Made by a program: the position numbers and the translations under genes
Part shown: positions 34,405 to 44,860 of the stretch, piece after piece
Numbering within the stretch: the stretch's first letter is position 1
Layout: the number at the start of each line of letters is the position of its first letter
The notes under the pieces: model-generated
The model's database searches: none
The model's input: only the letters and a program-made list of their open reading frames with translations
What the model was told of the DNA's origin: nothing
Source of the DNA: a virus
Length of the DNA: 64,000 nucleotides
Strand: one strand, 5' to 3'
Virus record (IMG/VR): IMGVR_UViG_3300045988_161245
Coordinates: 128,001 to 192,000 of that record

Positions 34405-35082
34405 TTATTTCTCCTTCTCTTTGTATAAGTCTTTAATTTTTTCTTCTAAATATTTCAAATATTCATCCCACATATTTTTTGTGTAGATATATTCTTTAGT
34501 CTGACGTGCCATCATTAACTTTTTCATATCAGTTTTATAATCAAATGGCTTATTTCTACGACCTAGCTTTTTTGCAAGAACATCAGATAAAAATGACTGT
34601 GTAAATCTTGAGAAAGTCAATAAGTCCTCTTTCTGGATATCAGCGATTATTTTCTTATATTCATCCATTTTATCCGTTGGTATTGAAACATCTGCTTTGG
34701 GGAAATTTTTTAGACTATAAGGTGTGATATCTGCACCAAATGATGATGCTTTTAATAGATTTGCAACTGCGTCCATATCTGCAGTCTTGAATTTAAATTC
34801 TACTTCGCTATCATAGATATGTGGATCTGAATATGGAATATTTGTTTCATCAAGTTTCTTTAAAATATTTTTCCCACGAATAATGCTTGGGATGTAAGCT
34901 ACAAAAGTACCTCGACCATAATAATAAATTTTATTACCGAATTGACATTTAATATATAAGTCATCGTAACTTTTATCAACGGTCCCATCTTCTTCTCTTG
35001 GTACATCGTGACTTTCTAGTGAGAGTTCCGGTACAATTCTGTACTTACCTTTAAAATGCTGTGTTAAATAACTCATAGGCAT
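34405..35082 (-). CDS. hypothetical protein
   Basis: Coding-like composition, tightly packed in the operon. Confidence 0.5.
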   Translation of the reverse strand: MPMSYLTQHFKGKYRIVPELSLESHDVPREEDGTVDKSYDDLYIKCQFGNKIYYYGRGTFVAYIPSIIRGKNILKKLDETNIPYSDPHIYDSEVEFKFKTADMDAVANLLKASSFGADITPYSLKNFPKADVSIPTDKMDEYKKIIADIQKEDLLTFSRFTQSFLSDVLAKKLGRRNKPFDYKTDMKKLMMARQTKEYIYTKNMWDEYLKYLEEKIKDLYKEKEK

Positions 35083-35087
35083 TCACC

Positions 35088-35360
35088 TCAATATTCTTCG
35101 TAGTAAGTTTCATCACTTACTTCTACTTTATTTTTCTCTGCAGCATGGATTTTATCTAATGCCTCTTTACGAGTTTGAAATACATAATCTCCAAGAGCAT
35201 TGTATCCAAATAGATAAACGTGTCTGTCCTTTTTATCCATACCGCAAAAATAATCTTCTCCAACTGTTCGAACTTTTAATTCGCACAGATCATAAGTACC
35301 ATTCTTTTTCTGAATCCTGGCATAATAAACCATGTCACCTTTATTTATTGTGCTGTACAT
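35088..35360 (-). CDS. hypothetical protein
   Basis: Compact operon position. Confidence 0.45.
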   Translation of the reverse strand: MYSTINKGDMVYYARIQKKNGTYDLCELKVRTVGEDYFCGMDKKDRHVYLFGYNALGDYVFQTRKEALDKIHAAEKNKVEVSDETYYEEY

Positions 35361-35718
35361 GTTTTTTCTTCCTTTTCTTTTCTATATTCCATAGGATTTT
35401 TTGAGTGCAGAGGGAATCAAGTGTAGCAATGACATTCTCGATAACCTCTTCAAGTTCATAATTTTTACCACAATCCCAATTGTAAATAGGAAAATATATC
35501 TCATCATGGTCCATATCTGTAACTGTGAGTGTATATGTATTATCTGACAAATCAATGTCAACTGTTAACCTATCAATGTCTTTATATACAAATTTGTTAA
35601 AATATGCGTGGTCACCATAAATTTTAAAGCCATTATTTCGCAGCTTATTAAAATCCATTTTATTGTGAATAATATATTTGTCGTGAATGTCATTAATATT
35701 CATCTTGATTTCCTCCAT
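35341..35718 (-). CDS. hypothetical protein
   Basis: Compact operon position. Confidence 0.45.
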   Translation of the reverse strand: MEEIKMNINDIHDKYIIHNKMDFNKLRNNGFKIYGDHAYFNKFVYKDIDRLTVDIDLSDNTYTLTVTDMDHDEIYFPIYNWDCGKNYELEEVIENVIATLDSLCTQKILWNIEKKRKKKHVQHNK

Positions 35719-35754
35719 ATAAGGGAGTCGGTTAAGACTCCCATAATTATTTAC

Positions 35755-37212
35755 TTAATCACACTTACTCCAACCACAATCTTTACATGTATTGCAACCA
35801 CCTTCAAAAACTAAATTTCCACCGCATTGAGGACATTTTGCTGTTTTTGATTTATCAACAATGATTTTCTTTTTGGGCTGTTTTGGTGTATCAATTATCT
35901 CTTCTGAATCATCAGAAATTTCATCCTGCATTTCTTTGTACATGTCAATAAGAGCATTTCCGATAGCAACAGGACAACAAGATCCTTTTGATGTATCGTG
36001 CTTTGTTGCTGTTCTTACCGCATATGACGGACATGTTCCGCTTGACTTAAGCTGGTCGATGATTGAATAAATATCAATTCCACCTCTTGCTGCAAGAGAA
36101 ATCATTCTGGAAAGCCCGATCATGAATTGGTTACATCCGCCTGAACTTCCTTTACTTAAATATGTCTCAAGGAGTTCTCCTGTATCTGGATCAAAGAATG
36201 CTTCACAATGTAATGTTCCACACCCAGTCTGTAATGTACGTTTCTTACCAACACAGTTATCATCAGCTTTAATGATCATTCCTCTGCCAAGAGTTGTTTT
36301 AGGCTTTTCAGATGTTTCATCATCTTTTTTACTATCTGATGTTGTAAGAATTCCTGCACGTTTACATCCATCACGGAAAATTGTGACACCTTTAAGTCCT
36401 GCTTCCCAGGCTGTCATATATAATCCTTCAACTTGCTCTACTGTAAAGTCGTTTGGAACATTAACCGTAGAACTAATTGATGCATCAATATGTGTCTGCC
36501 AAATACTCTGCATATAGATACGATTCTTATAATCAAGTGTCTGTGCAGTTACAAAATAATCTGGTAATTCAGAATCGTCTTTTAGATTATTTTTTTCCAT
36601 ATAATCTTTTACGATTGGTGTATACACTTTGTAATACTCATCATGTCCTTTAAGAGACTCTGTTTTTCTTGTATAGTAGTTTGCGAAAATTGGTTCGATT
36701 CCACCAGATACTCTAAGCATTGTAGAAAGTGTTCCGGTTGGAGCAATTGTAAGAAGTTGAGAATTTCTAAGACCATACTCTTTTACAAGCTGTTTTGTTT
36801 CACCAAGAGCATTTTTTGAATAATAAGCAGATTGCTCAACTGCTTCCGGATTATATTTTGGATATGGACCATACTCTTTTGCTAATAAAGCAGATGTTTT
36901 AAGTGCTTCATCAGCCATTGCATGACCGATCATATCACATAAATCAATAGCTTCAGGACTTCCATATTTAATACCCATCTTAATAAGTAAATCTGCAAGA
37001 CCAAAAATTCCAAGTCCAATCTGTCTCCAATCTCTTACAGAATCTCTCTGTTCCTGTAATGGATGTAATGGTAATCCCTCGTCAAGGACTTCGTTTAATC
37101 CGATTGTTGCAATATGTACTGTTTTTCTAAAATCATCAAAATTAAATCCATGTGGAGTTGTAAACTCAGCTAAATTAATACTTCCGAGAAGGCAGCTTCC
37201 ACCGGCTGGTAA
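35755..37212 (-). CDS. nrdJ: class II (B12-dependent) ribonucleotide reductase, exon 3
   Basis: Begins LPAGGSCLLGSINL, continuing ...NPCAEEP from exon 2 (canonical NPCGEQPL...GSCNLGSINL). The C-terminal zinc ribbon is CPQCGGNLVFEGGCNTCKDCGWSKC. Confidence 0.85.
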   Translation of the reverse strand, partial: LPAGGSCLLGSINLAEFTTPHGFNFDDFRKTVHIATIGLNEVLDEGLPLHPLQEQRDSVRDWRQIGLGIFGLADLLIKMGIKYGSPEAIDLCDMIGHAMADEALKTSALLAKEYGPYPKYNPEAVEQSAYYSKNALGETKQLVKEYGLRNSQLLTIAPTGTLSTMLRVSGGIEPIFANYYTRKTESLKGHDEYYKVYTPIVKDYMEKNNLKDDSELPDYFVTAQTLDYKNRIYMQSIWQTHIDASISSTVNVPNDFTVEQVEGLYMTAWEAGLKGVTIFRDGCKRAGILTTSDSKKDDETSEKPKTTLGRGMIIKADDNCVGKKRTLQTGCGTLHCEAFFDPDTGELLETYLSKGSSGGCNQFMIGLSRMISLAARGGIDIYSIIDQLKSSGTCPSYAVRTATKHDTSKGSCCPVAIGNALIDMYKEMQDEISDDSEEIIDTPKQPKKKIIVDKSKTAKCPQCGGNLVFEGGCNTCKDCGWSKCD

Positions 37213-38383
37213 CATTATGTTCCATAAGGTTCACAACGCCTTATGCGTTCTTCAAGAACAGCTATATGTTTCCATATAGTTCAGACTATATCTTCACTGT
37301 ATAATACAGGGTTAGCACTTCCATTGTCATAAGTTTACAATGTACTCTCTTTCGAGATAGTCGTTGAGGTTGGTCAATTTAACTTGGTCAGAGTTAAATT
37401 ATGATATCCTTTCTAATTTAATCCAATCTTTATGTTTTGATCCATTAGCAGCGTCCATTATTTTTATAGACTCATCTGGTAATTTCCATTTATATTTAGG
37501 TTTAGGTTTTCTAAGTGCTTGTTTATGAGCTTCAGACTTAGGTTTTCCTTTTAGGCTTTGACTTACATGCTTATTCCACTCAGCTGTATGTATTACTTTT
37601 TTACCAGATTCTGAAATTTTTTTATTCATTTCTTCACTATTATGATAACCAGTTCTACTTTTATTACCAATTCCATATTTGTTATTTAAATTTATTTCTC
37701 TTAAGATTTTTTTCGTTTTTTCTGATTGAGGATGAACAGGTTTCCCAGTTAAAGATTTTGAGATATTATTTTTCCATTCTTCTGTTTTTATAATTTTTGA
37801 TATCTTTTCTTTTATTTCAGGTCGTTGCATTGCTTCTTTTGTTTTTTGAGATATTTTATTTTTCCATTCTTGTTTTTCTATCTCAGTATATCCTTTTATT
37901 AAATTTCCTCCGTCACCGCCTTCTGCAATATTATATCCATTTGGACGAATTGTATTATATTTATTTATATAAAATTTTTCTAATTTACATAATTCTTCTT
38001 TATTATTACAAGTTGCAATAATGTCTTTTTTATAATAATGATATTTTATATTTTGCTCATATACCCATTTATGATCTGAACGTCTCTTACTATCTAATTT
38101 ATCATTGCCAAATCTTTTTCTATATGAGTTCCACAATAATATTCCACTTCCCATATAATATTTATTATTGTCATTTTCATTCTTACCAATATAACTTAAA
38201 TTCGTTATTAAATTTGTTATTTTATAAATTTGCATATTCTATGTTTATTGACCAACCTGCTGATTGACTCTATTTGATAAATTATTAGGGTAAGTGACCA
38301 ATCTTACATTAATTTCCTATTATCAACTTAACGAGTTGTTCCAGCATTTCACTAACTTTATAGAGCCCCTACCGGTTTTATTA
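37213..38383 (-). mobile_element. group I-type intron 2 in nrdJ (1171 nt) carrying a GIY-YIG homing endonuclease
   Basis: Exon 2 ends ...GAGCCT (U at -1). The intron ends ...ATAATG (terminal G). Joining the exons restores EEP/LPAGG in frame. An in-frame stop follows immediately after the 5' splice site. Confidence 0.75.
37399..38235 (-). CDS. GIY-YIG homing endonuclease (I-TevI-like, NUMOD3 repeats)
   Basis: MQIYKITNLITNLSYIGK...YMGSG, followed by repeated (E/A)EWKNxISxSLxGKP modules. Confidence 0.85.
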   Translation of the reverse strand: MQIYKITNLITNLSYIGKNENDNNKYYMGSGILLWNSYRKRFGNDKLDSKRRSDHKWVYEQNIKYHYYKKDIIATCNNKEELCKLEKFYINKYNTIRPNGYNIAEGGDGGNLIKGYTEIEKQEWKNKISQKTKEAMQRPEIKEKISKIIKTEEWKNNISKSLTGKPVHPQSEKTKKILREINLNNKYGIGNKSRTGYHNSEEMNKKISESGKKVIHTAEWNKHVSQSLKGKPKSEAHKQALRKPKPKYKWKLPDESIKIMDAANGSKHKDWIKLERIS

Positions 38384-38737
38384 AGGCTCTTCTGCACAAG
38401 GATTAGTTCCGGCATAATGAAAATTATTGTCACAACTAAGTAAATTCCAGTTTTCGATTCTATCCCAGAAAAGCATTCCAGGCTCTGCATAATCCCAGTT
38501 CATTTCACATAATTTGTGGAACATTTCATATGCATCAATTGTTTTAGTAATAGTTTCACCTGTCTCAGCTCTAGTAAAGCTAAGTGTAAATGGCTGTTTA
38601 TTTTTTACTGCAGCCATAAATTTGTCTGTAATACGAACAGAGATATTAGCTTTTGTTACTTTATCAAGATCTGATTTAATTCCAATAAATTCCTCAAGAT
38701 CTGGATGTTCGCAGGACAAGCTAATCATTAATGCCCC
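38384..38737 (-). CDS. nrdJ: class II ribonucleotide reductase, exon 2
   Basis: GALMISLSCEHPDLEEFI...GTNPCAEEP. It continues ...GQAGRR from exon 1. Confidence 0.8.
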
Positions 38738-39710
38738 CATTTGTGGACTATCTCTTAATTAATTTAAAATTAATCTTGGATACTATTGCGGTAATTAAGA
38801 AAATTTGCATTTTCTCCGCTAGTCTCTACACCTTCCTACTCTGTAGGCTCGGCACGGTATCATTAAGCAACACGCTTACCTTCACCGTTTTCTTCCAATT
38901 CAAGACGCAGGGCTTTATATTTTAAATACTTTCGTTTTAATATAATAAATGAATCATTTGGATAAATATGTTTTAGAAATTTTAATACATCAATTCGATT
39001 TGCAAATTCAATAACGTAACATTTTTCATTACTTTTAGGTCGAAGTATTGTAGAAATATCAAGTTTTTTTATTAAATACTGTTGAACACCTTCTAATATT
39101 TTTAATTGTGAAGTAAAACTAATTTTTTGCCATATTCTGTTTTTATCTTTTCTTCTGCCAAAAGTTAAACACCCATCAGCATCGAATAGCCCTTGTATTA
39201 AATATCGTTCTAAATCTTCTCGAATTCTTGGATAGTGTCTATCTACTTTTAATCTTCCTCCAGTAAATTTTAATATATCAGGAATTCTTTTTTGAATTCT
39301 TGCTCTTGGAAATCTTCTTGTTTTTTTATTTATAGTATGATTGTAATTAACATTACATTGTAAAATATGAGAAATATATTCTACAACTTGCTTATCATTT
39401 AGTGATATTGAAATTTCCACACTATTTTTTTCATCAATAGAGGCATCAGCTAATAAAAATCCTAATATATATGCTTTTTCTTTTGTATCTATTTTTTCAA
39501 ATCTGAAATTATCATATTTCCTATATTTTGATTTTTCGTTTAGTCCAAACTTTGAAATCCAATATGATACTGTACTATGATTCAAGCCACAATCTTTTTC
39601 AATTTGTCTTGTGGACATTTCTTTTTCTAAACATTCTTCCAAATATTTTTTATCCATATATTTTACTCCTTCTACTTTTACACATTTCGATGGATAGCAT
39701 TTAACTATTT
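38738..39710 (-). mobile_element. group I-type intron 1 in nrdJ (973 nt) carrying a LAGLIDADG homing endonuclease
   Basis: Exon 1 ends ...AGACGT (U at -1). The intron ends ...CAAATG (terminal G). Joining the exons restores GRR/GALM in frame. Confidence 0.75.
38863..39657 (-). CDS. LAGLIDADG homing endonuclease (double-motif)
   Basis: The two motifs are YILGFLLADASI and LIQGLFDADGCL. An N-terminal HTH is present (STRQIEKDCGLNHSTVSYWI). Confidence 0.85.
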   Translation of the reverse strand: MDKKYLEECLEKEMSTRQIEKDCGLNHSTVSYWISKFGLNEKSKYRKYDNFRFEKIDTKEKAYILGFLLADASIDEKNSVEISISLNDKQVVEYISHILQCNVNYNHTINKKTRRFPRARIQKRIPDILKFTGGRLKVDRHYPRIREDLERYLIQGLFDADGCLTFGRRKDKNRIWQKISFTSQLKILEGVQQYLIKKLDISTILRPKSNEKCYVIEFANRIDVLKFLKHIYPNDSFIILKRKYLKYKALRLELEENGEGKRVA

Positions 39711-40160
39711 ACGTCTCCCAGCCTGTCCGATCAAACCAGTTACCATGGAATACAAATCCATAAATGATATAGACCCGGTTGTTTCTTTTGCTGCATTATT
39801 TACTTTTGCACCTCTTGGTGATAATTTACTGATATCAACACCACATCCACCACCATAAGAATAAGTACGTGCAAGTTTCTTTGCACAATCAAAAATAGAT
39901 TCAATGTTATCTTCTGGAGGTTCAATTACATAGCAATTACTTAAACTAACCTTACGTCCTTTGCTTTCAAGTCCTCTGTTAGCAAGGATTCTTCCACCAA
40001 AGAGAAATTTCTTACCCTTAATTAACTGTTTTACTTCTTCATTTCCACCAGAGACTCTATCAAGCCACTGATCAAATGTTTCTCCATTAAACTGGTACTT
40101 TCTCTCGTAAATGTCCTGTCCCAGCTTATTTTCTTCTCCTAACCATTCTTGTACAGTCAT
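39711..40160 (-). CDS. nrdJ: class II ribonucleotide reductase, exon 1
   Basis: FLFGGRILANRG, SNCYV and YGGGCGVDISKLSPRGAKV...GSISFMDLYSMVTGLIGQAGRR are present. Confidence 0.8.
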
Positions 40161-40172
40161 TTTGTCACTCCT

Positions 40173-40595
40173 TTACTCTAAATAAAAATCATTGATATAA
40201 TCAATCGCTTCATTAATACCTTTGAAAATCACATCACAATCTTCTGGCAACCATTCATAACTGTCATAATCATTAAATCCAATAATGGGAATATGGTTGT
40301 CTACTGCGAATTGCAGTTCTTGAGCTGTTCCAATAGAAGTGTTTGTATGTTCCAGATTTACAAGGATTAAATCACATTTTCGAATACGTGATAAATAGAA
40401 TTGTTTTACTTGTTTATTAGTGATTGCATTACCACCATCACGATCAAAATAACGTGTTGGATTGATTACTTTAATAGTTACATCTTTAGCTTCTGAAATA
40501 TTTTTAAAAATATTCTCAGCTTTTAATCTCCATTCTTTTCCACCGTCATGCATTCCTCTACATGCACCAGCGAGATATACTGTTAGTTTTTCCAT
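40173..40595 (-). CDS. nucleoside 2-deoxyribosyltransferase-fold protein
   Basis: VYLAGACRG at the N-terminus and ...NLEHTNTSIGTAQELQFAVDNHIPIIGF fit the NDT/Rcl-like fold pattern. Confidence 0.55.
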   Translation of the reverse strand: MEKLTVYLAGACRGMHDGGKEWRLKAENIFKNISEAKDVTIKVINPTRYFDRDGGNAITNKQVKQFYLSRIRKCDLILVNLEHTNTSIGTAQELQFAVDNHIPIIGFNDYDSYEWLPEDCDVIFKGINEAIDYINDFYLE

Positions 40596-40606
40596 GTTAC
40601 TACCTC

Positions 40607-41917
40607 TTAAATAAGTCCAGCTTCATCATCTGCTAATACCTTATCATAATCTTCTCTGAAGCAAATAAATCCTGCAAACTGTAAACTTGGAAGTCCAGTA
40701 TTTTTATCTTTTGTTTCTTCCTTATATTTAATATCAATGAGTTTGCCAATAAGCTCATCTCGTTTTTCCCAGAGATCTTTTCTCATTTGATCTGAATATC
40801 CATATCCAACACCAGATTTTCCATCTTTATATTTAACGATTAACGATCCAAGTGCTCCTTTGTTCTTGCCAGACCCTTCTTCGTATCCAATAACTCTTAA
40901 GGTCGCATCATAGAACTGTTTTACTTTAATAAGACTTTTGGTTCGTTTGCATTCATATGGCTTGTCAAGATTAATGCAACATCCTTCCCAGTCATTATCT
41001 TCTGCGTACTGAAGCCATTCCCAAATTTTACTGTGGTCGTAACCATGATATACTCTCGGAACAACTTCAATATTGTCTGTTGGATGGAATTTAAGTTTTT
41101 CTTCTAATTCATCTAAATCTTTGCTTCTAATGGAGTATGGTTCTTTAGATTTTCCAGACCAAAATTCTTTAAGGGGGAACATATCGAATATAACGAATTT
41201 TAATTGAGATTTGTCACCAGATTTGCTATTTGCGATTCCTGTACCTTTTTGGAATGCTTCAGAATCGGATAATCTTTCTTTATTTTTATAGAGAAGTTCA
41301 CCGTCTACAAACATATTGTCATAGCCCATTGCTTGTAGATCTTTAATAATATGATCGACACCATTAATTTTCTTATTCTGTCTAGTTCTGCACTCAGTTC
41401 CAATATATGCACATCTGAGTCCATTTAGTTTGCGGCTAATATAAATCAGCTCATTACCTTTCAGCTTAATCTTCTCAATTGAAGTACCAAGCTGCACATT
41501 AAATTCTTCAATCAGTCCTGGAATAGCTTTATTAACAAGTTTTGCATCTGCACCTAATCTAAACTTCTTTGTTACCATTTCTTCATAAAACTGACATTCA
41601 GTTTCAGATTTAGAATTATTACAAATAAATTTTCTTATAGTGGCAACATCTACATCAGTACCAGTATTATGAGTTTTTAGATAGTCAATAACATCAGAAA
41701 AGTTTTTCGGTTCAAATGTTGCATAATTTTCAGCCTTTGAAATGGTCATTTTATCGATCTTTTTTGTGCTGATTCCTGTTACAGTATTACCGTCCAGTAA
41801 GAACACCAGACACTTTTTAAGAAGCTCATTATCCTTGTTTTCTCTAAGGATACGCTGCTTTTCATTCAGACTCGATGTGTTCTGAATGAGTTTTAGAATT
41901 TCAATTACTTCTTCCAA
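40607..41917 (-). CDS. ATP-dependent DNA ligase
   Basis: Motif I is SRKLNGLRC (KxNG variant of KxDG), motif III FVDGELLY, motif IV EGCCINL, motif V SLIKVKQ. Confidence 0.75.
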   Translation of the reverse strand: MEEVIEILKLIQNTSSLNEKQRILRENKDNELLKKCLVFLLDGNTVTGISTKKIDKMTISKAENYATFEPKNFSDVIDYLKTHNTGTDVDVATIRKFICNNSKSETECQFYEEMVTKKFRLGADAKLVNKAIPGLIEEFNVQLGTSIEKIKLKGNELIYISRKLNGLRCAYIGTECRTRQNKKINGVDHIIKDLQAMGYDNMFVDGELLYKNKERLSDSEAFQKGTGIANSKSGDKSQLKFVIFDMFPLKEFWSGKSKEPYSIRSKDLDELEEKLKFHPTDNIEVVPRVYHGYDHSKIWEWLQYAEDNDWEGCCINLDKPYECKRTKSLIKVKQFYDATLRVIGYEEGSGKNKGALGSLIVKYKDGKSGVGYGYSDQMRKDLWEKRDELIGKLIDIKYKEETKDKNTGLPSLQFAGFICFREDYDKVLADDEAGLI

Positions 41918-41921
41918 TAAA

Positions 41922-42149
41922 TTAATCCTCCAATCTTCCGATTACTTTTATATGTTCAGTGAACAGTAATGTTAACTGTCCACTGCTATTTACTTCTTCA
42001 ACCGAAATACAGTTATTACAAAAACCGATATCTGCAATACATCCTATAATATTGCTTTTATAGTTATCATCCATAATAAAAACGCAACAGTCACCGATTC
42101 TATGTACAACATTATCATCATCTACAAGGGTACTATCTTTGATATACAT
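41922..42149 (-). CDS. hypothetical protein
   Basis: Compact operon position. Confidence 0.45.
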   Translation of the reverse strand: MYIKDSTLVDDDNVVHRIGDCCVFIMDDNYKSNIIGCIADIGFCNNCISVEEVNSSGQLTLLFTEHIKVIGRLED

Positions 42150-42153
42150 TTAA

Positions 42154-42516
42154 TTAATCACCACCCTCTTGTAAGTCGATTGATGTATAAAGAAGCTCGT
42201 TAATCGCTTTAGAGTTTTCATTAAGATATTTCATAACTTCAATAACAGGTTCAATGTCTTCAAAAAATAAACCAATATATTCATATTCATTTTTCTTTAT
42301 AAACTTTTTAATTTTATTTAATTGCTTAAGATCGATGTAACAATTTTCAATCAGTCCATCATAAACAATTTTTATATACTCTCCTTTTAATGGATATAAT
42401 CCTAAAAGTTCTGAAATAGGGATATAAACCTTAACAGTTATTGGATTAATTTTAATTTTATATTCTCTACCATACTTTTTCATAATCTGAGAAATATCAT
42501 TAATAAGTTCTACCAT
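42154..42516 (-). CDS. hypothetical protein
   Basis: Compact operon position. Confidence 0.45.
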   Translation of the reverse strand: MVELINDISQIMKKYGREYKIKINPITVKVYIPISELLGLYPLKGEYIKIVYDGLIENCYIDLKQLNKIKKFIKKNEYEYIGLFFEDIEPVIEVMKYLNENSKAINELLYTSIDLQEGGD

Positions 42517-42517
42517 A

Positions 42518-44860
42518 TTATTTCCCCTTTCTTTTAATTGTGCTTAACCATGTACTTCTTGCATTGTTACTTGTGTTCAGGCATTTGTAGAATGCCTGTG
42601 GTTCAGCACACAATAAACATCTTTTCTTTGCTCTTGTAAGCATTGTATATAACATACAGTTGTCTAATAATTTATAATGGGTATTATCAATTACACAAAT
42701 AACTGTTTTCCTGGAAGATCCTTGCATTTTATGAGTTGTTAAAGCATAAGCCATATCTAAATCTGCAAGTTCACTTCCTTCGTATCTAATTACTTTATCT
42801 TGCTTCTCATAAACTATATTGTTATCTTCATCAAAAACTAACCCAACGTCTTTTTCTACTTTAGGACCAAATGACTGATATGTAACTTCACAATAAGTTA
42901 CTGGCTTTTTACCACTCATATCTTCTCCAATAAATGTGATATATCCGATTTCACCATTAAATACGTTTCGATCATAATCATTTACTGTCTGGACAACTTT
43001 ACACCCAAGCTTAAATTCTTTTTCACCAAATGAGATTGACTTCCTTTCATCTTTAAGAAGAACATCTACAATATCTTTATTTAACTCGTAAGCACTGTTT
43101 AAACATCCTTCTCTACGAGGTACTGCTATACCAACATTATCAACACCATCTGTTTCAACAGCTGAGAAGAACATTTTTAATGCAAGTTGATGAAGTGAAT
43201 CTCTAGTATCTCTGAACATGTAATACATGTCCTGTAACTCGCCATGAACTAATTTTTTTGATGTAATAACTTCCGTAATGGGGTTTTTATTATCTCGAAT
43301 GAGATTTGCATCGGTAAGAATTCCAGATTTTTCTGCTTGACGCATAACTTTTGTAAGTTCATTGATATTTTCTTTGGGTAAACAATGAATCAGATCAGAG
43401 AATATATTTCCAAAACCAATAGGTGGCAACTGTTTATAGTCTCCACAGATGATGATCTTTGTATTATCACCTATAGCTTCTAACCATGCTAAGAAGATTT
43501 GTACATTTACCATAGAAGCTTCATCCATTAATACTACAGGAGATATAAGTTTGCAATTCTTATTGTAATCAAACTTATTTGGACCATGACATCCTAGCGT
43601 CCTATGAATTGTCATTGCAGGATAGTCTGTAGCTTCTGTGATACGCTGTGCTGCCATTGCTGATAATGCACAGGCAGAAATATTGTGATTTGCCAGAGAA
43701 TACGCACGAATAATTCCACGTAAAATTGAACTTTTACCAGTTCCGGCTTTTCCTGTAACGAAGCTTATACTCTGCGTTAGTATAGAGCGTATAATCGCCT
43801 TTTGCTCATCAGTATAGGAAAATCCTTGCTCATGTTCCGCTTTAGCGATTCCTGCCTCTATTTTATCGTTTTCTATAGGCACTGGTGACTGTTTGTTCAA
43901 TCTTTCTTGAATGATAGATAAAATTTTCATCTCAAGGTTGTAATATAGCTTGAGTCCGATCCTGTTTTCATACTGGTGTAAGAACGAATTATTTTCAAGG
44001 ACTCCATCAAACACATCTATACACTCTGGAGCTGAATCTTCAACTGCAGCTTTTAAAATATCTACACTACACCAAGTATGTCCATCATTCTCACCAATCT
44101 CAGCAAGGTAATAAGAAATGAAAGCAATACATCTCTCTCTGGATTCAAGAAGTTCAGGTTTTAATTTAAGTGCCAATTTATCAACTTTCTTGAATCCAAA
44201 CCCTTTCATGGAACATAAATAGTATGGATTTGTTTCAATCTTCTGTTTTAATAGTCCAGGGTTTGGCTCATTACTAAGAAGGTTTTTAATCATTGTGAAT
44301 GTAACACCTAACGGTTTTAGTAATGTGATAATATCTGAAATAAGGTAATTATCAATTATCTTGTCTTTTATTTTCTTCCATGTTTTTTCACGAACACCTT
44401 TAACTTTTGAAAAATCAATTGTATCTAATTTACCGTCAGCTACATCATTTACAACATTTGGATATGCAGCAAGTAATGAATCTGCAACACTCTCAGGGAT
44501 AAGTGATTTAAGAAAAACTTTAGAATCTTCCACAGTCTGCGGAGCCAATGCATAAACTGTGATTGGTACATATTGTGCCCCATATTTTTTATCATCTTTA
44601 TATGTTGCAGTAATCTTATATTCTGAACCAACACACAGTTGCTGCATTCGTCCGGCTAAAGTTCCGACAAAAGTATCACCATGCTCATCTCCGAACAAAT
44701 CTTTGTGAACAGTTATCTTCTGACAATTAGGAAGTTGATCAGTTGTATTGAATGAATAAACTCCCCAAGACGTATTTTCACTGTAGAAGCGCTCATATGA
44801 AATTCTGGCTGTAAATTCAAACTGCTGATCATCATTACTAAATTGTTCTGAATAACTCAT
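42518..44860 (-). CDS. RecD/RecD2-like SF1 helicase
   Basis: Walker A VTGKAGTGKSS, DEASMV, CGDYKQLPPIG, and the C-terminal ALTTHKMQGSS...YTMLTRAKK. Confidence 0.8.
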   Translation of the reverse strand: MSYSEQFSNDDQQFEFTARISYERFYSENTSWGVYSFNTTDQLPNCQKITVHKDLFGDEHGDTFVGTLAGRMQQLCVGSEYKITATYKDDKKYGAQYVPITVYALAPQTVEDSKVFLKSLIPESVADSLLAAYPNVVNDVADGKLDTIDFSKVKGVREKTWKKIKDKIIDNYLISDIITLLKPLGVTFTMIKNLLSNEPNPGLLKQKIETNPYYLCSMKGFGFKKVDKLALKLKPELLESRERCIAFISYYLAEIGENDGHTWCSVDILKAAVEDSAPECIDVFDGVLENNSFLHQYENRIGLKLYYNLEMKILSIIQERLNKQSPVPIENDKIEAGIAKAEHEQGFSYTDEQKAIIRSILTQSISFVTGKAGTGKSSILRGIIRAYSLANHNISACALSAMAAQRITEATDYPAMTIHRTLGCHGPNKFDYNKNCKLISPVVLMDEASMVNVQIFLAWLEAIGDNTKIIICGDYKQLPPIGFGNIFSDLIHCLPKENINELTKVMRQAEKSGILTDANLIRDNKNPITEVITSKKLVHGELQDMYYMFRDTRDSLHQLALKMFFSAVETDGVDNVGIAVPRREGCLNSAYELNKDIVDVLLKDERKSISFGEKEFKLGCKVVQTVNDYDRNVFNGEIGYITFIGEDMSGKKPVTYCEVTYQSFGPKVEKDVGLVFDEDNNIVYEKQDKVIRYEGSELADLDMAYALTTHKMQGSSRKTVICVIDNTHYKLLDNCMLYTMLTRAKKRCLLCAEPQAFYKCLNTSNNARSTWLSTIKRKGK

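Noticed and set aside
37213-39710. Whether the nrdJ interruptions are inteins.
   Set aside because: Stop codons follow each exon end immediately. The endonuclease ORFs are free-standing, with their own RBS and non-coding flanks. The boundaries also fit group I intron rules, with U at -1 and a terminal G.
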